DNA of 32,000 bases from Candidatus Atelocyanobacterium thalassa isolate ALOHA (GTDB taxonomy: Bacteria > Cyanobacteriota > Cyanobacteriia > Cyanobacteriales > Microcystaceae): assembly GCF_000025125.1 (NCBI RefSeq), contig NC_013771.1, positions 870,001 to 902,000 of the forward strand. Direction: 5' to 3'. The translations under genes and the position numbers were made by a program. Positions within the stretch are counted from its first letter, which is position 1. Each line of letters begins with the position of its first letter. Below the pieces are notes generated by a model. That model was not told the origin of the DNA. It was given only the letters and a program-made list of their open reading frames with translations, and ran no database searches. Shown piece by piece: positions 1 to 10,011 of the stretch.

Positions 1-110
1 TCCTTTTTTGTTTGGTAAATTAATTATTTTTTATTAAAGCCTATTTAAGACCATTCTCTCAAGCTTAAAAGATATCTTTGTTATAAATTTAGACAAGTAG
101 TAATGGAAAT

Positions 111-2276
111 TTAATTAATAACATCAATTTCTTGAATTAGCCAACGATTATTTCTACGAAGCAAAGTATATTGTACTCTTAGAATATCATCATAAGAATA
201 ACTCATAGTACCTTGGTGATAGTATTGACCGGTTTCCTTGATGTCAGCTTCGCCAGTAACTTGATCTAAATTATTTTGATTAGATTTCAGAGAATTAACT
301 GTAATGTTATGGCTATAAACCCAATAACTTTGACTCTGTTTTAGTTTTTGGGCATGATTACGCCATTTTGAAAGTAAAGGATCAACTAAAATTTTATTTA
401 ATGAATCAATATCATGATTTTCTCCAAATGCTTTAGATTTACTTGATAACCATACCTTAATTAATTGATGAAAACCTCTTGGTGTCAATACACCTGTTGT
501 CTTGACAATTTGTTTATTAGCCAGAGGTATATTAATCAAAGGTTGGATAAGAGATACTTTGTATTGATTCCTCTCTAAAGCAAACAATGGAGAATTTATC
601 TTATATGCTAAAACTAGACAAGTACTTGTTAAACTCACTCCACCCAAAATAATTAAAATATTTTTTCTAGATTTCAGGATAAAGTAACAACTCTCAACAT
701 AATTATTTTTGAGTAGTATTTTTAAAAGTTGAGTAGTAGATAGAACTCCTTTATTAAACTGAACTCTAATAACTTTTTTTGTAAAGTTTCGTACGTAGTT
801 TTTAACGTTTGATACGGAAAGGTTATTTTGTACCTTATAAGTTTTTTTAGTTTTTGAAGATAAAGGAATAGTGGGATTTTCCGTGGATAGAGAGTTCGGG
901 AATGAAGTTAGGCTAGTTGGTTGAAATTTCTGTAAATTTTGTCTGTAGTTATAGTATTGGGAACTTTTTTTGAATGTATCAGTTGCAGGGGTTAAATCAT
1001 CTTTTCTATCAAGCTTTACAAAACCATCTAAATAGGTTTGAACTTGCTTGTCAAGAAAGTACTCTTGTAAAGAAATTGGTAATTCTTTTAGGTCTCTAAA
1101 AGAATTATAAACTTCAGTTTTTAACCATATTTCACTGTAAAGACATAAACCAGGTAATAAATCAGGAGAACCTTGAGAGTTGACTCTAATAAAATTTAAG
1201 ATTGGCTCGTTTTTTACCTTATTCAATAAAATTTTCTCAGCCAATTGCGTCTGCCCTAATAGTAGAGCTACAACAGTTTGTTCTATAGCAACTTTTTGAT
1301 GAGATTCTAGATTCTCAAGTATCGTTTGAGCTTCTAAAATTAAAAAAGGTTTTTTTCTAAAAAATCCAAGGGCTATTAAGATATATACTTTTAAGTAAGA
1401 TGCTACAAGAGAAGAAGAGTTTTTATAAGTATCTACAAAAATTTGTTTTTGTTCATCAATGGTCAAATGAATTCTAATTTGTTGAAGAAAGCTTAAAAAA
1501 TCATTGGTTTTAAGATTAGAAAGGCTTTTGGTTTGTTCATTAATTTTATGCCGATCTTCGAGCATACTTTTTAATAAATTAATTCCTTTTTGCCTGAGAG
1601 TTTGATAATGAATAGGGTAAGCTAGCAACTCTAAGATGCGATAAGGTCGTAGCTTATTAAGCTCTGAACAAATTTCTTCTTGTATAGACAAGAAAAAGCG
1701 ATTTTTTTCTAAAAATGCTAATCCTTTTAATCCAGCAGCAGCAGCTTTTTCATATGTCTTATCATGCCAAAGCTGCCGAGTAATTTCTAAATAAGCTAAA
1801 GAAATACTAAGGATTACATCCATTTTAATACTCTTTAAGCCACTGTCTTCTACATTCTTGGGGAAAGATTGAAGATGATTCTCTCCGTATTGTATGACCA
1901 ATTCATATTCGCTTAGTTCATAAAGTATTAAAAGAGCTCCAGAAAAATAATCTTCATGAATGTCAATACTTGAACTTTTTATAGAATTTTGTTCCTGGGT
2001 TACTATGTCTGATTGTTTATGATCAGGTACGAAGCTTTTATTGGTACTAGAGAAAACTAGTTTTAAAAAATTTGACTCGTAATCCGTTCTTGTAATTGGA
2101 TCAGATAGAACTTGATAAGCTTCGTTTAATAAACTTATACGTTTTTGAATTACATCCTCACTATATTCACAGTGAGGAAGTTGTGTAGTTCTATCTTGAT
2201 AAGCTTGATGAAGTTGCTCATCTATTGTATCTGGAGAAACTCCTAATATTCTGTAATAGTCTAAAGGTATATGCAC
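111..2276 (-). CDS. zipN: Cell-division protein Ftn2/ZipN (ARC6 homologue): J-domain-like N-terminus, one TM helix, ARC6-type C-terminal domain
   Basis: The track ORF is 111..2306 with a TTG start. The N-terminus HIPLDYYRILGVSPD...LNEAYQVLSDPITRTDYE is the J-like opening of cyanobacterial Ftn2/ZipN and plant ARC6. There is a hydrophobic helix ILIILGGVSLTSTCLVLAY. The C-terminal LIKVWLSSKSKAFG...WLIQEI resembles the ARC6 C-terminal module. I prefer the in-frame GTG at 2276, which gives MHIPLDYYRILGV and has GAGGA about 8 nt upstream. Confidence 0.85.
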   Translation of the reverse strand: MHIPLDYYRILGVSPDTIDEQLHQAYQDRTTQLPHCEYSEDVIQKRISLLNEAYQVLSDPITRTDYESNFLKLVFSSTNKSFVPDHKQSDIVTQEQNSIKSSSIDIHEDYFSGALLILYELSEYELVIQYGENHLQSFPKNVEDSGLKSIKMDVILSISLAYLEITRQLWHDKTYEKAAAAGLKGLAFLEKNRFFLSIQEEICSELNKLRPYRILELLAYPIHYQTLRQKGINLLKSMLEDRHKINEQTKSLSNLKTNDFLSFLQQIRIHLTIDEQKQIFVDTYKNSSSLVASYLKVYILIALGFFRKKPFLILEAQTILENLESHQKVAIEQTVVALLLGQTQLAEKILLNKVKNEPILNFIRVNSQGSPDLLPGLCLYSEIWLKTEVYNSFRDLKELPISLQEYFLDKQVQTYLDGFVKLDRKDDLTPATDTFKKSSQYYNYRQNLQKFQPTSLTSFPNSLSTENPTIPLSSKTKKTYKVQNNLSVSNVKNYVRNFTKKVIRVQFNKGVLSTTQLLKILLKNNYVESCYFILKSRKNILIILGGVSLTSTCLVLAYKINSPLFALERNQYKVSLIQPLINIPLANKQIVKTTGVLTPRGFHQLIKVWLSSKSKAFGENHDIDSLNKILVDPLLSKWRNHAQKLKQSQSYWVYSHNITVNSLKSNQNNLDQVTGEADIKETGQYYHQGTMSYSYDDILRVQYTLLRRNNRWLIQEIDVIN

Positions 2277-2633
2277 GTTTGATTTCCTCAAATCAAAGTA
2301 GTCCAAATTAATACTTGATAGTTAAATGTGAATATAGGCAATAAAATTTCTATTAGAAAGTACTGCTTTTCTTAAATCTTTTATGGCTATTCAAGTATAA
2401 TAAAAGTTTTAAAAATTGTAACTAAAATTATAACTATAGTATAGGTTTCTCCAATATAGCAATTGTATCTACATAACATTAAAATATTTGTTGAGATCAA
2501 ACTATGACTAAATAGAGTTTATTGATTGTTTAGTTAATTAAAATAACTTATCTTAGTATGAATATAACAATATTCTTAAGTCTCATCATTTGAGTTGTTT
2601 ACTTATCCCATTATTCAATTTATTTTAGCTATT

Positions 2634-3665
2634 ATGGTATCTGAACGTATTTTACCTACATTTGATACAATGTCTATACAACTGAGCAAAGATGAAGGAT
2701 TGATGCTCTATGAAGATATGATTTTAGGCCGTTTGTTTGAAGACAAATGTGCTGAAATGTACTATAGAGGAAAAATGTTCGGATTTGTTCACCTTTATAA
2801 TGGTCAAGAAGCTATCTCTACAGGCATTATCAAAGCTTTACGTTCTGGTGAAGACTATATCGCTAGTACCTATAGGGATCATGTTCATGCTTTAAGTTGT
2901 GGAATTCCTCCTCGTGAAATTATGGCAGAATTATTTGGTAAGGAAACAGGATGCAGCAAAGGTAGAGGAGGCTCAATGCACTTGTTTTCGAAAAAACACC
3001 GCTTTTTAGGAGGATACGCCTTTGTCGCAGAAGGAATTCCTGTCGCTACAGGAGCTGCATTCCAAAATAAATATCGTCATCAAGTCATGGGTGATGATAA
3101 TGCTGATCAGGTGACAGCTTGTTTTTTTGGAGATGGTGCAAGTAATAATGGCCAGTTTTATGAATGCTTAAACATGGCTGCACTTTGGAAATTACCGATT
3201 ATTTATGTGGTAGAAAATAATAAATGGGCAATTGGAATGTCTCATGATCGTGCTACTTCGCAACCTGAAATTTATAAAAAAGCAAGTGTTTTTAACATGG
3301 TAGGAGTAGAAGTTGATGGAATGGATGTTTTAGCAGTAAGACAAGTAGCAAAAGAAGCTGTTGCCCGTGCTCGCGCAGGGGAAGGTCCTACTTTAATTGA
3401 AGCTTTGACTTATCGTTTTCGAGGACATTCTCTAGCTGACCCAGATGAATTAAGAAAATTAGATGAGAAAAAATTCTGGGAACAAAAGGATCCTATTCAA
3501 AAACTAAGTAATTATTTAATTAATCAAAATATAGCTAGTCAAACTGAATTAGATACTATTCAAGAGAAAGTTAAGATAATTATTGATGATGCAGTAGAGT
3601 TTGCTGAAAATAGTCCTGACCCCAAAACGAACGAACTTTACCGTTACGTTTTTACTCAAGACTAA
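2634..3665 (+). CDS. pdhA: Pyruvate dehydrogenase E1 component, alpha subunit
   Basis: The track ORF is 2595..3665 with a TTG start. It has [17 protein letters not shown], the TPP-binding [34 protein letters not shown], and [12 protein letters not shown]. The ATG at 2634 gives [10 protein letters not shown], matching the recalled N-terminus of cyanobacterial PdhA. Confidence 0.93.
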   Translation: MVSERILPTFDTMSIQLSKDEGLMLYEDMILGRLFEDKCAEMYYRGKMFGFVHLYNGQEAISTGIIKALRSGEDYIASTYRDHVHALSCGIPPREIMAELFGKETGCSKGRGGSMHLFSKKHRFLGGYAFVAEGIPVATGAAFQNKYRHQVMGDDNADQVTACFFGDGASNNGQFYECLNMAALWKLPIIYVVENNKWAIGMSHDRATSQPEIYKKASVFNMVGVEVDGMDVLAVRQVAKEAVARARAGEGPTLIEALTYRFRGHSLADPDELRKLDEKKFWEQKDPIQKLSNYLINQNIASQTELDTIQEKVKIIIDDAVEFAENSPDPKTNELYRYVFTQD

Positions 3666-4012
3666 AATCTTATAAGTTGTTGATTGATATTTACTAATTC
3701 ATGTGATTTAAATCTAAAAATTTATAAAATTAGTTTTTCTCATACATTAAATAAATCGTTAATATGTTTAAAGAACACTCTAAATGAACCTATAGTGTTT
3801 AGTAAGTAATACAAACCATTTAGTATCACTTCATTCCTTCTTATTAAAAAAAGGAAATTGTTTTATGTTTAATTAATTGTGGAGAATAAAATATTTTTTA
3901 GTATTTCTTCCGACTTTTCTTTAATCTTTAAAAATAAGTAGGAAAAATGTTTAAGCCATAATAAGCTTTATTCGTACTACTTAAATACAAATTAAAATTT
4001 ATATTTAACAAA

Positions 4013-4552
4013 ATGTCTACCTTTATAAATCTTTCAAATTATTTTGAATGGTCTTTGCTAATTACAATTATTTCACTTTTACTTGTAATTTTATCTTTTA
4101 TATTAAGTTGGAAAAATCGTTTTAGATTGGTTGGAATTTCAGGGTTCATGATAGTCCTAACTGTAGGATTGTTTGGACTAAATATAGGTTTGCTCAATCG
4201 TCATAGAATTATCACATCAAGCTCATCATCTCGTGTATACGATAATGCTAGCGATCAAATAGTAATTTCTGTTGAACCCTCTATCACCGAAGAAGAATTA
4301 TTCATGGCATTAAGAGAAGCAGCTCAAAATTATTTTGTTTACGGAAGATCTGCAGGGAAAGATAATCAGTTAACCTTGAGAGCACGAGTCCTTCTACATG
4401 TAAATGAAAAAGAAGATCTTCCTTTGTATCTTGGAAAAGCTGAGCAAAAACTAAATTTTCACAATGACAATCATCCAGAGATAAATATTCAAATCGATAA
4501 AAATGCATTTCAAACTTTATCTCAATATCTAAATAATATGAATTTATCTTAA
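4013..4552 (+). CDS. Small membrane protein with two N-terminal TM helices, function unknown (possibly Ycf51/DUF2518-like)
   Basis: 179-aa ORF with two hydrophobic helices (WSLLITIISLLLVILSFIL and LVGISGFMIVLTVGLFGLNIGLL) followed by a soluble domain. The family assignment rests only on recalled architecture. Confidence 0.55.
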   Translation: MSTFINLSNYFEWSLLITIISLLLVILSFILSWKNRFRLVGISGFMIVLTVGLFGLNIGLLNRHRIITSSSSSRVYDNASDQIVISVEPSITEEELFMALREAAQNYFVYGRSAGKDNQLTLRARVLLHVNEKEDLPLYLGKAEQKLNFHNDNHPEINIQIDKNAFQTLSQYLNNMNLS

Positions 4553-4611
4553 ATATATTTTTTAGCTATACTTTGCGTTATTGTTATTGAATAATTGAAC
4601 TAGGTATATTG

Positions 4612-5238
4612 ATGAGCCAGGACTTATTTTTAAACCATCCTATTACAACTAAAAGCTTTGCTATTATTGATCAAGAAATAGGTCAACATGACTTCGATGC
4701 ATTAGAGTATAAGGTTGTTCGTCGTGTTATTCACTCTACAGCTGACTTTGAACTTATTAATTCACTAAGTTTTAGTCCGAACGCAATTAAAAAAGGTATT
4801 AATGCGCTTAAAAAGAAGACTCCCATAGTGACAGATGTCACTATGGTAAAACAAGGAGTTCTTAGTTTGGTGAACAAAACTTTTAAAAACCTAGTTATTG
4901 CTTCAGTTAATCAAACATCAGGTTCTAATCCTGGTAAAACTCTTACGGAAACAGGACTATTAAAATGCTGCAATACTTATCCTAGAGGAATTTATGTAAT
5001 AGGCAACGCTCCAACTGCGTTACTTACTTTATGTCAGCAAATCCTTTTGAATAAGATACAACCAAGTTTAATTATTGGTGCACCAGTAGGTTTTGTTTCT
5101 GTTTTAGAAGCCAAACAAGCTTTAAAAAGGGTTAATGTTCCCAAGATTATTGTACAAGGGAGAAAAGGTGGTTCTCCTGTTGCAGCTTCTATATTGAATG
5201 CTTTAATTACTTTGGCTTACAAAAACGAATTACCATAG
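4612..5238 (+). CDS. cobH: Precorrin-8X methylmutase (CobH/CbiC)
   Basis: Contains VIHSTADFEL, IGNAPTALLTL, GAPVGFV and GRKGGSPVAASILNAL. The track start at 4609 is a TTG immediately followed by ATG at 4612. Confidence 0.9.
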   Translation: MSQDLFLNHPITTKSFAIIDQEIGQHDFDALEYKVVRRVIHSTADFELINSLSFSPNAIKKGINALKKKTPIVTDVTMVKQGVLSLVNKTFKNLVIASVNQTSGSNPGKTLTETGLLKCCNTYPRGIYVIGNAPTALLTLCQQILLNKIQPSLIIGAPVGFVSVLEAKQALKRVNVPKIIVQGRKGGSPVAASILNALITLAYKNELP

Positions 5239-5266
5239 CTTATAAACATACTTTTTAAATACAATA

Positions 5267-6520
5267 ATGATTAGGGTTGTAGGAATTGGATTAAACGGGA
5301 AGGATAGCTTAACCATAGAAGTTAAAAGTATTGTGGAAAATGCTTCTATACTAATGGGTAGCCAGAGACATCTTAAATATTTCCCTGACTACCTTGGAGT
5401 TGCAATAACTTTAGAAAATTTTATTAAAGATATAAAAAATTTAAAAGAACTCAATAAAGATAATAAATCTATCGTTATTTTAGTTAGTGGAGATCCTCTT
5501 TTTTTTGGTTTAGGTCGTTTATTACTGCAAGAAATAAATAATAAAGACTTAGAATTTTATCCGAATCTTACATCAATTCAACTAGCATTTAGTTATATAA
5601 AAGTTCCTTGGCATGATGCTCACTTTATTAGTATTCACGGCCGTAATTTAGATGAGTTAATACTTAGCTTTAGAAAAGGAGAGAAAAAAATTGCTATTCT
5701 TACCGATAGTTATAATAGTCCACAAGTAATTGCAAATATTTATTTAAGTTTAAATCTCTCTAAAAATTATGATATTTGGGTATGCGAAAATTTAGGTAAG
5801 ATTGATCAAAAAATTAATTGTTTTTCTCCTCAAAAACTAATCAATCTTGAACAGTACGAATTTTCATCTTTAAATGTTGTTATTTTCATAGAAAATAATA
5901 ATGTTATTTTAAACAAACAAGAATACAAACAATTACCTATTCTAGGTATTGAGGATAAATATTTTTTAACATTCAAAGATCGCCCTGGACTTATGACAAA
6001 GCGAGAAGTCCGAATAGCCATATTAGGAGAATTAAATTTACAACCTAAGCAAATTATTTGGGATATTGGTGCAGGAACAGGATCAGTCTCTATAGAAATA
6101 TCTCGTTTGTCAAATACATCAAAAGTCTATGCAATTGAAAAAACCGCAGTAGGTATTAATATAATTACTCAAAATTGTAAAAGATTCCGAACTCATAATG
6201 TTATACCTATGCCATTAATGAGTCTTGAAGAATTATATGAACTTCCAAGCCCTGACAGGATTTTCATAGGAGGTAGTGGAGGAAAGTTAATTGATATTTT
6301 AGAGATTTGTCAACAAAAGTTAAGAAAAAAAGGTTGTTTAGTTATTTCTTTAGCAACTATAGAAAACCTCGGAATAAGTATAAATTGGTTTAAAAATAAT
6401 TCTTGGTACTATAGTCTTTTTAGTATTCAGGTATCTAGATCTTTAGCTATTGCAAATTTAACTCGTTTATATCCTACAAATCCAGTTTTTTTATTAAAAG
6501 CTAGTCGCAAATATGAGTAG
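5267..6520 (+). CDS. cobL: Precorrin-6Y C5,15-methyltransferase (decarboxylating), fused CbiE+CbiT (CobL)
   Basis: The N-terminal half is tetrapyrrole-methylase-like (ILVSGDPLFFGLGR). The C-terminal half is a SAM methyltransferase (MTKREVRIAILGEL...IWDIGAGTGSVSIE). It lies 28 nt downstream of cobH on the same strand. Confidence 0.88.
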   Translation: MIRVVGIGLNGKDSLTIEVKSIVENASILMGSQRHLKYFPDYLGVAITLENFIKDIKNLKELNKDNKSIVILVSGDPLFFGLGRLLLQEINNKDLEFYPNLTSIQLAFSYIKVPWHDAHFISIHGRNLDELILSFRKGEKKIAILTDSYNSPQVIANIYLSLNLSKNYDIWVCENLGKIDQKINCFSPQKLINLEQYEFSSLNVVIFIENNNVILNKQEYKQLPILGIEDKYFLTFKDRPGLMTKREVRIAILGELNLQPKQIIWDIGAGTGSVSIEISRLSNTSKVYAIEKTAVGINIITQNCKRFRTHNVIPMPLMSLEELYELPSPDRIFIGGSGGKLIDILEICQQKLRKKGCLVISLATIENLGISINWFKNNSWYYSLFSIQVSRSLAIANLTRLYPTNPVFLLKASRKYE

Positions 6521-6651
6521 TTACCAAAAAACTGTAAGATCTATATTACTGATTTAAACTAGAGTATTTTAGCGATCAAATCCAAAATATTGCTATTCGT
6601 TCACATTTAATGTAGTGTCGATAATTATTCATACTACCAATTAAAATTCAT

Positions 6652-7182
6652 ATGAAACAAAATGGCGTAACTATCTGGTTGACAGGATTAAGCGGAGCTG
6701 GAAAATCTACCATTTCTGATGCTTTAGGAAAAAAAATCAAAAATTTTGGTTATTCATTAGAAGTGTTAGATGGTGATGTAGTAAGAACTAATCTAACAAA
6801 AGGATTAGGATTTTCTAAAGAAGATCGAGATACTAATATCCGTCGTATTGGTTTTGTTTGCCAATTATTAACACGTAATAATGTAATAGTTTTAGTTGCT
6901 GCTATTTCTCCTTACAGAGATATTCGTAATGAAGTTAGAGAAAAGATCGGAAATTTCATGGAAGTATACATTAATGCACCATTAACGATTTGTGAAACAA
7001 GAGATGTAAAAGGTTTATATAAAAAGGCTAGGTCTGGTGAAATTAAATCGTTTACTGGAATTGATGATCCTTATGAAGCTCCTATAAATCCTGAAGTTGA
7101 GTGTCGTACAGACATTGAAACACTTGAAGAGAGTGTCGATAAGATTTTAAGAAAACTCAAGGAAATGAACTATATAGAATAA
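6652..7182 (+). CDS. cysC: Adenylylsulfate (APS) kinase
   Basis: P-loop GVTIWLTGLSGAGKSTI, then LDGDVVRTNL..GLGFSKEDRDTNIRRIGFV and FTGIDDPYEAP. Confidence 0.93.
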   Translation: MKQNGVTIWLTGLSGAGKSTISDALGKKIKNFGYSLEVLDGDVVRTNLTKGLGFSKEDRDTNIRRIGFVCQLLTRNNVIVLVAAISPYRDIRNEVREKIGNFMEVYINAPLTICETRDVKGLYKKARSGEIKSFTGIDDPYEAPINPEVECRTDIETLEESVDKILRKLKEMNYIE

Positions 7183-7254
7183 TAAACTTATAGGAATCAT
7201 GTTAGATATGTTGCTTTTTTAGTAGTATTTTTTAAGAGCTGTACTGTATTACTT

Positions 7255-7280
7255 AGTGGCACTTAAACAATGCCACTTTT
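7255..7280 (+). terminator. Candidate intrinsic terminator downstream of cysC
   Basis: A 7-bp stem (AGTGGCA 7255-7261 pairing with TGCCACT 7271-7277) with a 9-nt loop, running into TTTT that ends at 7280. It lies 73 nt after the cysC stop. Confidence 0.45.
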
Positions 7281-7398
7281 GGAAATCAAACAATTATTAA
7301 CTTGCTTCCATAAATCTAAATAGTCAATATGATTAGTCTTTCATTAACTTTTTGATAAAGATTATAATTATCAAATATGAAATGTCAGGAGAATAAGA

Positions 7399-8064
7399 AT
7401 GAAATGGCTTAATAAAATTAATCGTAATATAAGAAAGAAGCTAGATCGGTGGGTGAATAAATCAAATAGTCCTGAAAAAATTCTAGAGATAGCAACTACA
7501 CAGATAGAGAATGAATTGATTAACATGAGAGGAGCATTGGCAGAAGCAATTGCTAGCCACAAATTTTCAGAACGTCAATTATTACACTATGAAAGCTTAT
7601 CTGATAAATTATATCAAAAAGCCGAATTAGCCATATCTCAGAATAACGATTCTTTAGCAAGAAAATCATTGATGAATCGCCAATCTTATCAGAAACAAGC
7701 TTATGACATTAAAACTGAACTAGAAAGTCAACAGATAATGATTCAAGAGCTTAAAAGAAAATTACGAGTATTAGAAAGTAAAGGACAAGAAGTAAAAACA
7801 AAGAAAAATATCTATCTTGCACGGTTACGTTCAGCGACTGCAAAGCAAAAACTTAATGAAATACTAAATGACTTTGAAGAAGACAGCTCTAATAATTTAT
7901 TTGAAATAATTGACAATAAAATTATGGAATTATCGATACAGCCGGAAGCTATAAGTATAAAAAAGGAACCTAATATTTTAGAAAGTCACTCTACCAAGCT
8001 AGAAAGTAAAAATTCCCAAGCACGATTACCTCATACTAAATCAAATATAGAAAATTTAGACTAG
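7399..8064 (+). CDS. PspA/IM30 (Vipp1) family membrane-stress protein, short form
   Basis: Aligns by eye with PspA/Vipp1: SPEKILE...MRGALAEAIASHK...LARKSLMNRQSY...LESKGQEVKTKKNIYLARLRSATAKQKL...LFEIIDNKIMELS. AGGAG at 7386-7390 lies 8 nt before the ATG. At 221 aa there is no room for the Vipp1-specific C-terminal helix. Confidence 0.8.
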   Translation: MKWLNKINRNIRKKLDRWVNKSNSPEKILEIATTQIENELINMRGALAEAIASHKFSERQLLHYESLSDKLYQKAELAISQNNDSLARKSLMNRQSYQKQAYDIKTELESQQIMIQELKRKLRVLESKGQEVKTKKNIYLARLRSATAKQKLNEILNDFEEDSSNNLFEIIDNKIMELSIQPEAISIKKEPNILESHSTKLESKNSQARLPHTKSNIENLD

Positions 8065-8366
8065 TTTGGACTTTACTTTCTACTTTACTAGAGTTAGAAC
8101 TATAAAAGATTTATATAGTTTTCTATTTACGCTGAATTAAATAAAAAGACTATAACTGAGTTACCTAATTGAGTTAGTACTGTTGGTAATAGTCTATTTT
8201 TACAAACTTTTTCATAGCAATTAATTGTTTCTCGTTATACAAAATAATTATTACGTAATTACTTTTAAGTATAGTAAGTAAAATTATTTAACTAAATTAT
8301 TTTTTCTAGTATTCTAGTGGTAATATGGATGCTAGATATATAATCTTAGTCAAAGAGTTCAGTCTT

Positions 8367-9074
8367 GTGTTATCTACTATAGTTACTGATTTTCGTATAA
8401 TTTTTGATCGAGACCCTGCAGCTCGTAATTGGCTAGAAGTTCTTTTCTGCTACCCTGGTTTACAAGCTATTATTTTATATCGTTTTGCTCATTGGCTAAA
8501 TAAATTAAATATTCGATTTTTACCAAGACTGATTTCCCATTTTGCACGTTTTTTTACTGGAATTGAGATTCACCCAGCAGCTCAAATCGGTACTGGAGTA
8601 TTTATCGATCATGGGATGGGTGTAGTTATTGGAGAAACAGCAAAGATAGGAGACTATAGTTTAATTTATCAAGGTGTTACTCTTGGAGGAACAGGGAAAG
8701 GAAGCGGTAAAAGGCATCCAACAATTGGAAAAAATGTGGTTATAGGAGCAGGAGCAAAAGTTCTTGGAAATCTAAACATAGGTAATAATGTTCGCATAGG
8801 AGCTGGTTCTGTTTTACTTCGTGATGTACCTTCAAACTGCACTGTTGTTGGTATTCCCGGAAAAATAGTTTACCAATCAGGAGTAAGGGTTAATCCTCTC
8901 GAACATGGAAACTTACCTGATTCAGAAGCTAAAGTTATTAGATTATTATTAGATAGAATTGACTTGTTAGAAAAACAGTTTCAACTGTTAAAAAGTAACA
9001 AGTCAGAAGAGTGGGAGTTTATAAAAGAACCTGACGAAATATTGCACTTAAAATCAACTTATAACAATAAATAA
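8367..9074 (+). CDS. cysE: Serine O-acetyltransferase
   Basis: The track ORF is 8325..9074. It has [32 protein letters not shown] plus hexapeptide repeats ([36 protein letters not shown]). The in-frame GTG at 8367 gives [13 protein letters not shown], like recalled cyanobacterial CysE N-termini, and AAGAG sits 9 nt upstream. ATG at 8325 remains possible. Confidence 0.88.
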   Translation: MLSTIVTDFRIIFDRDPAARNWLEVLFCYPGLQAIILYRFAHWLNKLNIRFLPRLISHFARFFTGIEIHPAAQIGTGVFIDHGMGVVIGETAKIGDYSLIYQGVTLGGTGKGSGKRHPTIGKNVVIGAGAKVLGNLNIGNNVRIGAGSVLLRDVPSNCTVVGIPGKIVYQSGVRVNPLEHGNLPDSEAKVIRLLLDRIDLLEKQFQLLKSNKSEEWEFIKEPDEILHLKSTYNNK

Positions 9075-9137
9075 GTCTTAAATATTAAAAAACAGACTAA
9101 AACAAAACTTCTGTAACCTTTTGACTTTATTTACGAA

Positions 9138-9719
9138 TTAAAAAATAGAAATACGTTTAAAAGGAGAAAAACGAAAAATGGCACGTCCAATAATATTTTT
9201 TTCTGACAAAAAACCCCATACATGAGAATCATTACTATTATTTCGATTATCTCCCATAACAAAAAGATATCCTTTTGGCACTGTAATTGGTTGCAAATTA
9301 TAATATGGCTTCTGTAAAATGTAATCTTCTTCTAGTAAAATATCATTAACATATACTTTTCCGTCTTTGACTGCAACAGTCTCTCCACTGATTGCAATTA
9401 TTCTTTTAATAAAAGCCTGGTTATTTTTATAGCCCTGTAGTTTTAATTGGATTGGGGGTTTAAACACGACTATATCTTTTGCTTTAGAAGTATAAAAATA
9501 GCGAGAAACCTTTTCGATAATTAATCGATCACCTGTTTGCAAAGTAGGATGCATAGATTCAGAAGGAATATAGCGAGGTTCAGCGATAAATGTACGAATA
9601 AAAAAAGCTAAAGCAATAGCAATTAATAAAATTTGCATATTTTCCCAAATAACTGCTAACAAACTTTTATATGGATTAGATTTATTAAAAAAATTATACT
9701 TATTCAGGTTCCAGGACAT
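9138..9719 (-). CDS. lepB: Signal peptidase I
   Basis: It has a TM anchor (ILLIAIALAFFIRTFI), the catalytic Ser box SESMHPTL, the Lys box FIKRIIAISGE, and GDNRNNSNDSHVWGF. The track start at 9725 is TTG, and ATG at 9719 is two codons in. Confidence 0.92.
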   Translation of the reverse strand: MSWNLNKYNFFNKSNPYKSLLAVIWENMQILLIAIALAFFIRTFIAEPRYIPSESMHPTLQTGDRLIIEKVSRYFYTSKAKDIVVFKPPIQLKLQGYKNNQAFIKRIIAISGETVAVKDGKVYVNDILLEEDYILQKPYYNLQPITVPKGYLFVMGDNRNNSNDSHVWGFLSEKNIIGRAIFRFSPFKRISIF

Positions 9720-10011
9720 ACACAATTGTCATTTAATTTATAAATTACTGTAAATAATTAATTGCTTAAACTATATTTTACTTAAGAATGCAAATATATT
9801 AATCTAAGACAATCATATAAATTCTAAAATAATTTTTGCTTAATATTTGTATGATTTCAAATACTGTACGTAACTAACTATGATTAAACAGCTATTGATT
9901 AACTAATACTACTTTAAAAAGGTTAAGAAGTGATATATATCTATAGTAATTAAACTATTTAATTTAAAAGCCTATTTACATTATTGTTAAATGCATATTT
10001 AAAATTATTTA

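Noticed and set aside
1-110. Possible 3' end of an upstream gene at the left edge
   Set aside because: All three plus frames hit stops within 37 nt, and no minus-strand start is evident. There is too little sequence to call anything.
4302-4508. 68-aa minus-strand ORF
   Set aside because: It is nested entirely antisense within the 4013..4552 membrane-protein gene. It has no SD and no recognisable motif, so it is a typical shadow ORF.
4553-4611. Looked for a cobalamin riboswitch upstream of cobH, and similarly upstream of cobQ at 23874..23922
   Set aside because: The spacers are only about 50-60 nt and AT-rich, with no B12-box-like G+C-rich core. They are too short for the aptamer.
5830-6021. 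63-aa minus-strand ORF
   Set aside because: It is antisense inside cobL, whose frame is supported by methyltransferase motifs. The composition looks like noise.
7371-7562. 63-aa minus-strand ORF
   Set aside because: It is antisense to the 5' end of the PspA-like gene. It is L/I/F-rich with no RBS.
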